IMG/VR virus record: IMGVR_UViG_3300030329_002114
Span: 24,987 to 88,986 of that record
Length of the DNA: 64,000 nt
Direction: 5' to 3' (one strand)
Source: a virus
The notes under the pieces were generated by a model that ran no database searches, was not told the DNA's origin, and worked only from the letters and a program-made list of their open reading frames with translations. Made by a program: the position numbers and the translations under genes. Of the stretch, positions 27,901-36,927 are shown in pieces. Position 1 is the stretch's first letter. Each line of letters begins with the position of its first letter.

Positions 27901-30900
27901 AGACAGTATTTGAAGATTCATTTTCACCTGATTCGGACACTGCATTTAGAGAGTATCATAGAACTAATGACTTGTTAGCTGAAGCGTTAAGGGGTTCTTT
28001 TGTAGCTAAACACGCAATGCCTTTTAATAAAAAGAATTATTTCAATGCCTTAAGAAAGTTTGTATTAAAACGATTTGCTAATCCACATATAGAAACTGCA
28101 GGTAAGTCTTGGTTAAAAGGCTATACTCCTGAGATGCTTAATTTTTTTGACATAGATCCTTATTCTACTACTCAAGCTACTATAGTAAAGCCTGATTCAG
28201 CAAATTCTATAAATATAATGAGGGGCTCTAAGTATGGAAACCCTTTTATCATGCCTTCTGTTTACGATAAGAGTCCATCCTATTATAAAAATAAAGGATT
28301 TATAAGAGCTGGGAGCACGAAAGAAGCTACAGAAAGATACGAAAGCTGGTTAAGGGGTAAAACTGACAAAGGATATATGCCAGATAAAAGAGATGGAATA
28401 TTAAACGATATTAGATCTGGAAAATTATCTGGTAAATCCCTAGGTTATTTTAAACCTGAAGCAAAAGATAGCCATGCAGTTCGATTAGTTAAGCTTATTA
28501 ATGAATGGTCTCCAAGAACTTTGAAAGAAGGAGAAATATACCTTGATAACGGTTTTCAACAAATGCCTGTGGTATTGCTCGGTAAACAATACACTCTTGG
28601 CGAAGTTTGGGATATGTATACTGGGCGAAAAACCATGCCTGATGGTGTTAAAAAACCAACTAAAGAGGAGTGGAATGATGCTTTTACTTTTCTTGCTATA
28701 CGTACCCCTGCTGATTCAATGTCTGGTACACGTAAGCTACGATTTAGAGGCTTTACTGGGCAAAGAGGAGCAGGTTCCATTACGCACCATAAAGACAACA
28801 AGTATCTTGGTGGTGCAGATAAAGACGGAGACAGTATTAAAATCTTTCAAAACATGAACAAAGATTTAATTAAATACTTTGAAAATGTAAAAGACGAAAG
28901 AGGGCATTGGGCTGATTTTCTCAATGTTAAAAAAGATTTTATAGTAGATCTTGAAGGTGCTGAAGTTGAGTATTATAAAAATATAGTATCAACTAATTAC
29001 AAGCAACTTGATTCAGAAATTAATTGGGTTCGAGGTGGTAAAAGTGGTAAGCGCCCTATTTTTACTCAATATTATGGAGATAAAAATACGGAATATTCTT
29101 ATACTGAATCAGGGAAGCGTGGCGACTGGACTCCCCTAGAATGGACTCCAGAGTTGATTAAATTAAAACGTGAAGTAGAAAGAATAACTGGTTATAAATT
29201 CAATAGTGCTGTTGTAAATAAGTATAAGGATGGTAAAGATAGTATAGGTTTCCATAGAGACAATGAACCAGAGTTAATGAGGTCTGACAATAGAGGGCCT
29301 GTTATAGCTTCTATTAGTTTTGGAAGTAAAAGAAATTTTATATTAAAAGATAATACTGGTAAAAAAACTTCATTTGCCTTGGAGAATGGTGATTTGTTTT
29401 TAATGAAAGGCGATACTCAAAAAAATTATACTCATGGAATAGCTAAAGAAAATACAACATCCCCTAGAATAAATATTACATTTAGAAGAACTAATTATGG
29501 AAGAAGGGATCCAAGAAAAAATCCTCAACCATTCAGAACAAAAACAAAAACATACGAAGAAGCATTAGACGAATTGTTTAAGGGTGATGTATCTCAACAA
29601 GTTGTAGATGATTTTAATAAAAATAAAATTATGATGTTTTCCCCATCTTTTAGATTTGAAGTTGCAAGAAATGCTAGTATGGGCAAGGGTGGTTTAGGTT
29701 TTGGTTTAACTGCTAAGATTGATCTTCAGAATATGTATGATTATGTTAAAGCAAAAGGTGGGTCTATTAAACTTAAAAACCCCAAGGGTGAAGTTTTTAC
29801 ATTGGAAATAAAACATAATTCACCGTATGAAGGAGTTAGTGCTCATAGATTTTTCTTAGACTTAGGAACTAAGGTAGTAAATGTATCAGCAGATGCAAGC
29901 AACGATCCTAACTTAAGACCTTATAGTGAGTATAGAGATATGCTTTCTTCTTCTATATTTAAAATAAACAATAAAGATGCAAAATTTGGTCAGATTAAAA
30001 ATCTTGTTAAAGGTACGCCATTAGAAGGTATTATGATGTCCAATAGAAATATTAAACCACATCAAAAATATCTAAATGAAAAAACTAATGAGCGTGAAGC
30101 TCCAGATGTTTTTCAAGTGCTTGATAATATTAATAAAGCTAATGAGTTAATGTTTTCAGATCTTGATGATAGTTTTTTTGTACGCACAGTAAATCCTAAA
30201 TTAAATCAATTACTACAAGAATCTGGATTTAAGGTTGGTAATTATTTATTTCCAGAGTTACAAAGGGCTCATAAAATTTTATATGATTCTTTTATAACAA
30301 GTGAAGTTGAAGGTATCCCAAAAAACCCAGATGCATTATACAAGTGGGAGGTTGTAGATAAAAAAGTTACAGGTAGGTTGATAATAAACAATAATAAAAC
30401 TTCAAAGCAGTTAGAAGGATTCTATAAAATACTTGCAAAGGAGTTATCTTTTACAAGTCCTAATCGTATGAAAAATCTTTTATCAGAAAAAAGTCGAAAT
30501 TTTAACCCAGATCAAGCCTTAGATTTTTTAGGTAAGGATATGGGTCAGTATGCTTTAATGGAACTATTAACTGGGCAATACGTAGCTGTGCAGAATGCAT
30601 TTGCAAAACAAGGTAGGAATGTGAATACAGTTATTGAACTCCTTCCTGAAATAAAAAAGAATGCATATGAAATAAAAAGACTAGCTGACACAATCTCCAG
30701 AAGAAGAGACGGTGGTGACAATGTTAGGAATGTTGATTTAGATGCATTGATATACAAACATAAGACTAGACTAGCTAACCTTGAAAGAGCTCAAGGACTA
30801 GAAGAGGGTATGTTACAAAACTATTTACATTATTGGCTATTAAGTCCTATAAGAGCGCTTGTAAAAGGTCAAAATAAACCTCAGTATTATAAAGCAATAC

Positions 30901-33900
30901 ATGGGTCTCAAATGATACCAATGTCTGTTAAAAGAAATTTTTACAATCGCATGGATAAAATATATAAACGTGCTCAAAGCTCTGATATGTTAAGTATAAA
31001 ACAAGCAGATTTTAAGACAGCTTTAAATAAATTAGAGTCTACTCAAAAATTATCTACTACAATAAATGAAGCTATTAAAAGTAAATCATTAGAGAACCTT
31101 GCTTTATTTGAATCTGATTTAAAAGAAGTTAGAAAGTTTCAAGAGTCTGTAAAGAATAACTCATTAATGGATAGAGACTTTAATGAGTGGTATACAGCTT
31201 TTACAAAGAACATGGTAGATGGCCCCACTAAAGATGCTACAACTATAACAATGCAAGATATTAAACTTGTCAATAGGTATCTAGATAGTTTAAATACAAG
31301 TAAAAACATGGAGTTAAAATTAGCTCAGTTTTATCAACATCCCTTAACTGTAGATGAGATAATGCAGTCAAAGGGCTTATTTGGTGGATATACAAAGACT
31401 ATTAATGAACCAGTCTTAACAAGTAAGGGTTTAACAAAACGTAATGTTAAAGTTATTATGTCTCCTGTTGGTAATATAGCTAATTATTTTAAAAAATCAG
31501 AAGCTGGTATTAATTTATATGAAGGTCGCATGAAATTAGAAACTACTGCTATAGATAAAATATTAAATAAGTTAACTCCCAATCAAAGAAGGCAATACGC
31601 AGAAGCTCTATTTGCTTATCGTGAAGGTATTGATAAGGATGGAAAACCATATTCATTAAAAAATGTTCCTAAAGAAATCAATATGACAAAGTTTAAAAAA
31701 CTTGATACGGAGCTTACTAAATTTTGGAAGCAAATGGAAAACAGTTGGATAACTACGAAAGATATTAACGGCAAGCGTTTTAATTGGTCTAGGGTAGATA
31801 AAGAAAAAAGATATGGTAAGGTCAATGAATATATTGAATACGATTCTAATGGTAAGTTTAACTTTAAAAAGTTTCATGATAAAGTTATAAACGCTAGAAA
31901 TCAATCTAAAGATATTATTAGAAATGTTGGCATTGAGGGTGTCTTAAGATATAGAATGGAAGAATCTATTGAAAAAGAAATCTTATCAGATAAGTCAATT
32001 AAGAATAAGAAAGCTTATAGAGAGATGAGAAGATCTGAATTATCAAGACCTTATCAAAATAGATCTTATGAAAATTATGTTCATCATTCTTTTAATAATG
32101 CATCAGAAGGTTTATTAAAAGAGCAAGCTGAATACGTTGCATCTATTAAAGACCCTGCAGAAAGATCAAGGATTGCGAGACTGCTACAAACAGAAAATCC
32201 TTTTATTAACGTAAACGATATTTTAGAAATATCTATAGAAGGTAAGACAAAAGATTTTAATAAGTACGCAGTCTACAGTGAAGTTCTTGAAAAGCAAGGA
32301 GACATTCCCTATAAACGATCCTTTGATTCTCTTCAAGATTATCAAAATAAGGCTATAAATGGATATTTTAGAAATCTAATGAAGCTAAAAGCTCAAAATG
32401 AATTAGATCTTATGGTTAAAAACACTAAAGATTATAAGCCCTCTAAGCATGAGCAAAAAGAATTTGAAAAATTATACAGAGGTAGTAAACTACCAAAAGA
32501 ACTTCGTTATAATAGCCATGTAGATGTTTGGGCTGATTATGTCAGGCTTTATGCTAGAGATTCTTTAGGCAACCAATCGTTCTTAAGTGACAGAATGGTA
32601 ACTCCTCAAGGTAAAAAATTATTACATTTAAACAAGAAAAATTTATGGTATGGAACTTCAGATGAAGCAATTATCAATAAGATGGAAAAGCTATACAAAA
32701 GTAAGCTAGGTAAGGAAAGAAATATTCCATTTTTTAATAAAGATGCGATACCAAAAGATCCTGTTGCAAGAAAAGAATACTTTAGTCGTGTGATTCATAA
32801 CTTAGGTAGAATGGAAGCTCAGTATGAGTTATTAACATTATTAGCTAATACTGGTACATGGACAACCAATATATTTGGTGGAGCTACTATGACCATTGGT
32901 AGTGCTGGTGCAAAGAACTATGCAAATTCATTTAACAACAAAAGAGTTTATGATACATTGTTAAGTGATGCCAATGGTAATCCTGTATTAAAACTACTAG
33001 ATGGAACAAGCGTTAGAAATAGAAAACAATTACTAACATTTTTAGAAGAGCGTGGTGTTATAGATAACTTTATTAAAAATGAATTTGAATATAATGATAG
33101 GCTTAAGATAGGTTTAAAGAAAGCTGGTGTTAGCATAAAAGACTTTCAACGGGATTTAATTAAAGCTGCAAAGAGTAAAAAAGGCAATCGTGATGAGAGT
33201 GTTATGGAGGTTGTTAAAAGATATGGCGTTACAGATTTAATGCTTGAGGCTGGTGGTTTCTTAATGAAACAATCTGAACGTGTTAATCGACTTAATGCTT
33301 TTATAGCTCATGGTTTGCAGGCTGTTGAAGGCTTTAAAGAAGCTGGTAAAGAATTATCTTTAGCTGATCAATATGTTTTTGAAAAAGCAGAGCGTGGAAT
33401 TGAAATGACTCAATTCTTATATCAAAATGCTCATAGACCAGCGTTTATGAGAACTTCAATGGGTAAAGTTCTCGGTAGATTTAAGCTATTTGTTTTTAAT
33501 AGTGTTCGTATGCGTAAAGAATTTTATAAACAAGCTAAACTTAATGGCTTTAAACAAGGATCTGAATCTTATGAAAGATTTAAAGATACCTTTGCTATTG
33601 ACATGATGATGTATGCATTAGGCAGTGCATTCATGTTCAGCTTGTTTGATACTACATTGCCACCGCCTTGGGACTGGGTGCAAGCTTTGGCTGATTACAC
33701 TTTTGGTGATAAACGTGAACGTGAAATGGCATTTTTCGGTTCAAAGCTTGGCCCTCTTAATGTATTAAAACCTCCTATAGCTAGAGTTCCTGAAGCCTTT
33801 GGAGAGCTATTAACTGGGCAATACGAGGATTTTACTAATTATACTGTCTATACCATGTTTCCATTTGGAAGAGGAATCAGGCAGATAAAACAGCTAACAG

Positions 33901-34037
33901 ATGATAGACCGTTTCGTGGAATAGAGAGAGCACCTGAAATACTTTTTAGGATACCAAGAACTCAAGTTATGAGTAGAATAAAAAGAATGCAATCAGAGAA
34001 TGAAAAAAGACGTGCCATTGAAGAGCTGTTAAATTAA
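24945..34037 (+). CDS. giant virion protein: putative two-barrel RNA polymerase with DUF4326-like and AlkB 2OG-Fe(II) dioxygenase insertions
   Basis: SDTDG (27219-27233), downstream lysines, RTP (28701), GADKDGD (28812-28832); RGSKYGNPF...SGKSLG...H domain; NKYKDGKDSIGFHRD...H...RINITFR. Confidence 0.8.
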   Translation: MASPYEAIKVQNLIRTYKTNPTMFNDDQLDELERLAENNEIEFKRRQSEFSLRRGLQQAQAGFIEGLTTFDLIPKEPRNTGEAIFRQLGHLAGFAPAILKAPVMGVVQVASKVTGKEVADIAKQPFTSAVLDGINALDAIAVPMIGSRLTKKGFDAALTKTGAESLEFLKRGSRTRAITEEALGLASASAISNIWKGKDAIVDSYIGGAIAGGAFGGIGNFVSLGNLYKGTPQQVEQANKLLRAGVASMFMGLPSTLRNDPTEMQIYEYLLGGFFGYNTRPAKEVEAGKWINENRAREEIFRPETSKDWNKVNKNAQEFIIREHPMTKELNSEGHGGSTGAALGYLERRFPNAKWREGALNNLKKNNKEATESNIQDFYRKKAYEAYRIEKKVFENAVLANSSIINDERLDAMDQAQRDQFKIEDISDSISKSSDKYGDRKSVGETIIEVAENSSVNNVPNRELFIRELSNRFDSKTIKKLDSKLRGWFNNYSQRFVEQDIVNIDGQEYRIITKEKIGEVDVGEKVDVLPATYLVPEGEFRLMTHFIREVPSENGQVKQEAIKIMKTDLVFDYGVPTVKNRLDGNAYIRLQNLLEENGRYIVSGIKDKDYVMTGRFRDENLTLDNVFDILSNKQAGIITRKQVEDAYNRSLEKERELSEFVRAGEYEALEKLHERKWISNFVNLAEMNNLKLEDAWAIIDPAQNFGKSVADLNKRMSLVTNRMTPMVKESFENVAGMNKGEKFNVIQIEDNLGIGTGVSDTDGYMAFRHDIFDATTKSFGRDVKNTGQNKPVIAAKTPYGFFATKSNGQRAHESLNEWMMKNDVHAVIYTSGSKLKGNNPISTLKYEKGNYVSDNINRIEIPIDKLQVSSGTYENTKKDVRGASTPMQKFGQANEEQAFGFADKWIDTVVKPSLEGSERGRKILENYQKTNDLTEMSKAFENKDIKLEELPFRFVIDTLLKNPDSKLGRFLSDRLMRLEVEGELDKTVFEDSFSPDSDTAFREYHRTNDLLAEALRGSFVAKHAMPFNKKNYFNALRKFVLKRFANPHIETAGKSWLKGYTPEMLNFFDIDPYSTTQATIVKPDSANSINIMRGSKYGNPFIMPSVYDKSPSYYKNKGFIRAGSTKEATERYESWLRGKTDKGYMPDKRDGILNDIRSGKLSGKSLGYFKPEAKDSHAVRLVKLINEWSPRTLKEGEIYLDNGFQQMPVVLLGKQYTLGEVWDMYTGRKTMPDGVKKPTKEEWNDAFTFLAIRTPADSMSGTRKLRFRGFTGQRGAGSITHHKDNKYLGGADKDGDSIKIFQNMNKDLIKYFENVKDERGHWADFLNVKKDFIVDLEGAEVEYYKNIVSTNYKQLDSEINWVRGGKSGKRPIFTQYYGDKNTEYSYTESGKRGDWTPLEWTPELIKLKREVERITGYKFNSAVVNKYKDGKDSIGFHRDNEPELMRSDNRGPVIASISFGSKRNFILKDNTGKKTSFALENGDLFLMKGDTQKNYTHGIAKENTTSPRINITFRRTNYGRRDPRKNPQPFRTKTKTYEEALDELFKGDVSQQVVDDFNKNKIMMFSPSFRFEVARNASMGKGGLGFGLTAKIDLQNMYDYVKAKGGSIKLKNPKGEVFTLEIKHNSPYEGVSAHRFFLDLGTKVVNVSADASNDPNLRPYSEYRDMLSSSIFKINNKDAKFGQIKNLVKGTPLEGIMMSNRNIKPHQKYLNEKTNEREAPDVFQVLDNINKANELMFSDLDDSFFVRTVNPKLNQLLQESGFKVGNYLFPELQRAHKILYDSFITSEVEGIPKNPDALYKWEVVDKKVTGRLIINNNKTSKQLEGFYKILAKELSFTSPNRMKNLLSEKSRNFNPDQALDFLGKDMGQYALMELLTGQYVAVQNAFAKQGRNVNTVIELLPEIKKNAYEIKRLADTISRRRDGGDNVRNVDLDALIYKHKTRLANLERAQGLEEGMLQNYLHYWLLSPIRALVKGQNKPQYYKAIHGSQMIPMSVKRNFYNRMDKIYKRAQSSDMLSIKQADFKTALNKLESTQKLSTTINEAIKSKSLENLALFESDLKEVRKFQESVKNNSLMDRDFNEWYTAFTKNMVDGPTKDATTITMQDIKLVNRYLDSLNTSKNMELKLAQFYQHPLTVDEIMQSKGLFGGYTKTINEPVLTSKGLTKRNVKVIMSPVGNIANYFKKSEAGINLYEGRMKLETTAIDKILNKLTPNQRRQYAEALFAYREGIDKDGKPYSLKNVPKEINMTKFKKLDTELTKFWKQMENSWITTKDINGKRFNWSRVDKEKRYGKVNEYIEYDSNGKFNFKKFHDKVINARNQSKDIIRNVGIEGVLRYRMEESIEKEILSDKSIKNKKAYREMRRSELSRPYQNRSYENYVHHSFNNASEGLLKEQAEYVASIKDPAERSRIARLLQTENPFINVNDILEISIEGKTKDFNKYAVYSEVLEKQGDIPYKRSFDSLQDYQNKAINGYFRNLMKLKAQNELDLMVKNTKDYKPSKHEQKEFEKLYRGSKLPKELRYNSHVDVWADYVRLYARDSLGNQSFLSDRMVTPQGKKLLHLNKKNLWYGTSDEAIINKMEKLYKSKLGKERNIPFFNKDAIPKDPVARKEYFSRVIHNLGRMEAQYELLTLLANTGTWTTNIFGGATMTIGSAGAKNYANSFNNKRVYDTLLSDANGNPVLKLLDGTSVRNRKQLLTFLEERGVIDNFIKNEFEYNDRLKIGLKKAGVSIKDFQRDLIKAAKSKKGNRDESVMEVVKRYGVTDLMLEAGGFLMKQSERVNRLNAFIAHGLQAVEGFKEAGKELSLADQYVFEKAERGIEMTQFLYQNAHRPAFMRTSMGKVLGRFKLFVFNSVRMRKEFYKQAKLNGFKQGSESYERFKDTFAIDMMMYALGSAFMFSLFDTTLPPPWDWVQALADYTFGDKREREMAFFGSKLGPLNVLKPPIARVPEAFGELLTGQYEDFTNYTVYTMFPFGRGIRQIKQLTDDRPFRGIERAPEILFRIPRTQVMSRIKRMQSENEKRRAIEELLN

Positions 34038-34068
34038 ATAGGGGACACGAAAAGCTCGCATCCCCTAT
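34038..34068. terminator. bidirectional terminator between convergent operons
   Basis: ATAGGGGA/TCCCCTAT inverted repeat. Confidence 0.75.
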
Positions 34069-34073
34069 ATTAA

Positions 34074-34265
34074 TTATTCTTCATACTTCCTATAACCAAC
34101 TCTTTCCATTTCTTCCTTATGTACTTTCTCAGCCTTTTCTATTCTAGTTAGAATTTCATTAGAGCTTGCATCATTAACTATATTAAGATATTTTTTACAA
34201 GCACTTAATAATTTTACAAGACTTGATGAAGTTTTGGTTCTTATTATTGTAGGATCTAATTGCAT
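34074..34265 (-). CDS. hypothetical protein
   Basis: ORF with AAGGGA RBS. Confidence 0.55.
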   Translation of the reverse strand: MQLDPTIIRTKTSSSLVKLLSACKKYLNIVNDASSNEILTRIEKAEKVHKEEMERVGYRKYEE

Positions 34266-34454
34266 ATAATATCCCTTAAAGTTTATTTAATTTAGACTCT
34301 ATTCTATCCATTTGATCCCTATCTTTTTTTGTAGTCCATGTTCTGGCTATTGCATAAATAGCAAATATCCACATAGTAAGATAAGACATGTTATTTTCAA
34401 CGAACATATGATAAGCTATTGTTATCCAGCTTGGTTCATTCATATTAACCCCTT

Positions 34455-34637
34455 CTATTTAGTTTGTATTTTAGACTTAAAATTTATCATTCTATGGTAA
34501 GCAGCACCATTTTTTTCAATACTATCACTTTCGTATAATTTTTTATATATTTTATACAATGATTTAAAAGTTAGTCTTTTTGGAAGTACATTTTTGTACA
34601 TACTTTTATCTTTTTCTTCTTTAACATTCGATGTCAT
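34455..34637 (-). CDS. hypothetical protein
   Basis: ORF overlapping the upstream gene. Confidence 0.5.
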   Translation of the reverse strand: MTSNVKEEKDKSMYKNVLPKRLTFKSLYKIYKKLYESDSIEKNGAAYHRMINFKSKIQTK

Positions 34638-34962
34638 GTTGTATCCCTTTCTTTTTGTATTTATGTAGCATTGCTACCATTAATAATAAATAGTTAATAA
34701 TATCGCTTATACGGCCTTCAATTGGCTCTGAGTATACCTTACCACTCTTTAGGTAATTCATGAGGCTAGAGATGTGTTTATGGAGGTATATTGACAATAC
34801 CTGCATTGGTTTTAAATCAATAGACTCTGCAATGTTTTCAAAATTCCAAAGTACGTTTTCTTTATGGTTTCCTTCGGTGTATTCGATTCTTTTAGCGTCT
34901 GATAACGCAAGTGTTTCTTTTAAGAACTTATCTCTTAGTTCTTTGTACTCTTCTGATGTCAT
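34621..34962 (-). CDS. MazG-like/Nmad1 (DUF1599-like) nucleotide-associated protein
   Basis: K..EY......L.NF...KH...EPI..R..D..NY pattern. Confidence 0.6.
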   Translation of the reverse strand: MTSEEYKELRDKFLKETLALSDAKRIEYTEGNHKENVLWNFENIAESIDLKPMQVLSIYLHKHISSLMNYLKSGKVYSEPIEGRISDIINYLLLMVAMLHKYKKKGIQHDIEC

Positions 34963-34984
34963 TATATTCTCCTATTATAATATT

Positions 34985-35086
34985 GGGGCAATGGCATAAC
35001 TGCCAATCAACAACACAAAGATATTGTGCTAACTTTTATTTAGTGTCGTTGTTTTTTTCCTATTGATTTTTATTTTTATGCCCCAA
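34985..35086 (-). repeat. 102-bp structured element, copy 2
   Basis: 99/102 identical to 2434-2535. Confidence 0.9.
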
Positions 35087-35421
35087 ATTATTTTATTAAA
35101 TGGTTTTAAATACCACTTTGATTTAACGTCTTTTATTTGCTTTCTTAATTTTTTAGTTACTGACGTTTGATAATACCAGCTACTCCTAGTTGCTTTTAAA
35201 GTCTTTTCTAAATTTTCGTTTTTTTCTTCAAGTTTTAGTATAAGTAGTTTATTTTCTTCTAACAACTTTAAACTTTTATTTAGCATTTCTAGTGTATCTT
35301 GATATTTTTCATGAGGTAGCCTAGGAACTCCGTAATGATCAAATACGTATTGAAAACCTTTTCTGTACATAGGGTTTTCCATATTTTTTTCATGTTCAAA
35401 AAAATCTTTCATTATATTCAA
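35029..35421 (-). CDS. hypothetical coiled-coil protein
   Basis: ORF whose C-terminus reads into the 102-bp element. Confidence 0.55.
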   Translation of the reverse strand: MNIMKDFFEHEKNMENPMYRKGFQYVFDHYGVPRLPHEKYQDTLEMLNKSLKLLEENKLLILKLEEKNENLEKTLKATRSSWYYQTSVTKKLRKQIKDVKSKWYLKPFNKIIWGIKIKINRKKTTTLNKS

Positions 35422-35500
35422 ATCCCCTTAAACGTCAGCAGAAGAGGTCAAGGGGGTTAACGTGCCCTTTACTGTCTTCTGCGTCAGTCTACTTAAGTTA

Positions 35501-35695
35501 TTATAAATTATAGTTTCCAAGAGCACACCACATTAAATCAGGTGTAAGTCTTTTAACTTTATTTTCCTTGCACCTTTGTGCCATTTTTGAAATACTTGTT
35601 AATATTTCTCTATTAATACTTTCCATTGTATCTGCACTTAGCTGCACTCCATTAGCATTAAATATTTTCTTTACTTTTGTTTTTTGTATTATCAT
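35501..35695 (-). CDS. putative histone-fold protein
   Basis: IIQKTKVKKIF...QLSADTMESIN...CKENKVKRL resembles bacterial histones such as Bdellovibrio Bd0055. Confidence 0.55.
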   Translation of the reverse strand: MIIQKTKVKKIFNANGVQLSADTMESINREILTSISKMAQRCKENKVKRLTPDLMWCALGNYNL

Positions 35696-35868
35696 TATTT
35701 ATCGCTTTCATTTTTATGATAAAAACTAATTTTTAAAGTATTGTCGCTGCCTTGCATTACATTAACAACAGCATAGCTGTTTTCTGGAGTTATGTTGTTA
35801 GCTTTAAGTAATGAAAGTGGGAATGTTATTCTTCCTCTTTTATCTAATTTTAATTTGGCTATATTCAT
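35695..35868 (-). CDS. AbrB/MraZ-like DNA-binding protein (57 aa)
   Basis: Hand-translated MNIAKLKLDKRGRITFP...; D..GRI..P swapped-hairpin motif; TAATG-coupled to the histone-like gene. Confidence 0.65.
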   Translation of the reverse strand: MNIAKLKLDKRGRITFPLSLLKANNITPENSYAVVNVMQGSDNTLKISFYHKNESDK

Positions 35869-35870
35869 AA

Positions 35871-36068
35871 TTAATAGTCCTTTCCGTAAATGTTAATTTG
35901 TTTAAACTCTTTTTTTATATCGATTAAAAGATTCATTATTTCCTTGATATAATCCTGATACAATTTATTTATAGATTTTTCTCCAGTATGATTACTGTGT
36001 TGTATTGTTGTAGAATGTATATTATTTAATATATCTTTTATTTTTGAAATCTTTTTATCTATGTTCAT
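35871..36068 (-). CDS. hypothetical protein
   Basis: ORF with AAGGA RBS. Confidence 0.55.
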   Translation of the reverse strand: MNIDKKISKIKDILNNIHSTTIQHSNHTGEKSINKLYQDYIKEIMNLLIDIKKEFKQINIYGKDY

Positions 36069-36083
36069 TTAAAATCCTTTTAA

Positions 36084-36115
36084 TAGGGGACTAACGCCAA
36101 CCAGTCCCCTATTTT
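36084..36115 (-). terminator. intrinsic terminator
   Basis: AGGGGACT/AGTCCCCT hairpin flanked by A/T runs. Confidence 0.65.
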
Positions 36116-36173
36116 TCACTTATTACTAATTTTATCCCAATGTTTTACCAAACATTAGTTTAAGTTATTAGTA

Positions 36174-36500
36174 TTATCCTGTTAAACTCTTTAAGAGTTC
36201 TAACAAGTCTTTGTATCGTATAGTTACCAATGGTTCTTTACGATCTTCTTTGAGAATTTGTCCATAAACTTCTTCACAAGGTTTAAGATAATCAGCTATA
36301 GACTTCCTACCTTTTACTTGAAACTTAAATAGTTTTTTTATTTTAGGTATGTCTATAGTCATATCTACTTCTTCGTGCCAGCCTAGGGATCTACCATCAG
36401 ATCCCCAAGCTCTACGGGACTCAAACCCATACCCTTTGGCAAGGTTGACGCACTCTCGTTCAATTCTATTTCCTTTTTGTTTAGGGGCTTTACCACTCAT
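36174..36500 (-). CDS. Holliday junction resolvase-like PD-(D/E)xK nuclease
   Basis: K.KG.R.ERE...VD...QVK. Confidence 0.75.
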   Translation of the reverse strand: MSGKAPKQKGNRIERECVNLAKGYGFESRRAWGSDGRSLGWHEEVDMTIDIPKIKKLFKFQVKGRKSIADYLKPCEEVYGQILKEDRKEPLVTIRYKDLLELLKSLTG

Positions 36501-36733
36501 ATAAGCTCCTTGTGCGTATTATGTGCATTAGGATTACCTCTATGTTCTGAATGGTATGGTGAATCAGCCCTAAATAAAGCTTCGTAATCTTCTTCTATAT
36601 TTAAATCACATTCATCTTTTGGATCTTCATATACTTGTTCAAGCAGATGTTTTATTTCTTCAAAACGATCTTTTTCAGTTGTTTCGTAAGTTAAATGATC
36701 TGCTACTATTTCTATTTTTTCATGTAGTTTCAT
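36497..36733 (-). CDS. hypothetical protein
   Basis: Coupled ORF. Confidence 0.55.
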   Translation of the reverse strand: MKLHEKIEIVADHLTYETTEKDRFEEIKHLLEQVYEDPKDECDLNIEEDYEALFRADSPYHSEHRGNPNAHNTHKELI

Positions 36734-36927
36734 TTATTAATTCCATTTTTGTTTTTCATTTTTTTTAATTCAGCATTAGTTGGCTGACCTAATAATTTCC
36801 ATATTTTATCAAATTGTTTCTTACCTGCGTTACTCATTTTATCATACTCTGCATTTTCTAATTGTTGCAGTAAGTGAATTAATTTTTGAGTCATAGCTGT
36901 AGCTATGTTTGATACTGGTTTTTTCAT
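36730..36927 (-). CDS. hypothetical protein
   Basis: Coupled ORF, probable start MKKPV. Confidence 0.5.
   Translation of the reverse strand: MKKPVSNIATAMTQKLIHLLQQLENAEYDKMSNAGKKQFDKIWKLLGQPTNAELKKMKNKNGINK

Noticed and set aside
28205-29489. RNAP insertions as inteins
   Set aside because: No C/S...HN splice junctions or LAGLIDADG motifs; they match DUF4326 and AlkB patterns instead
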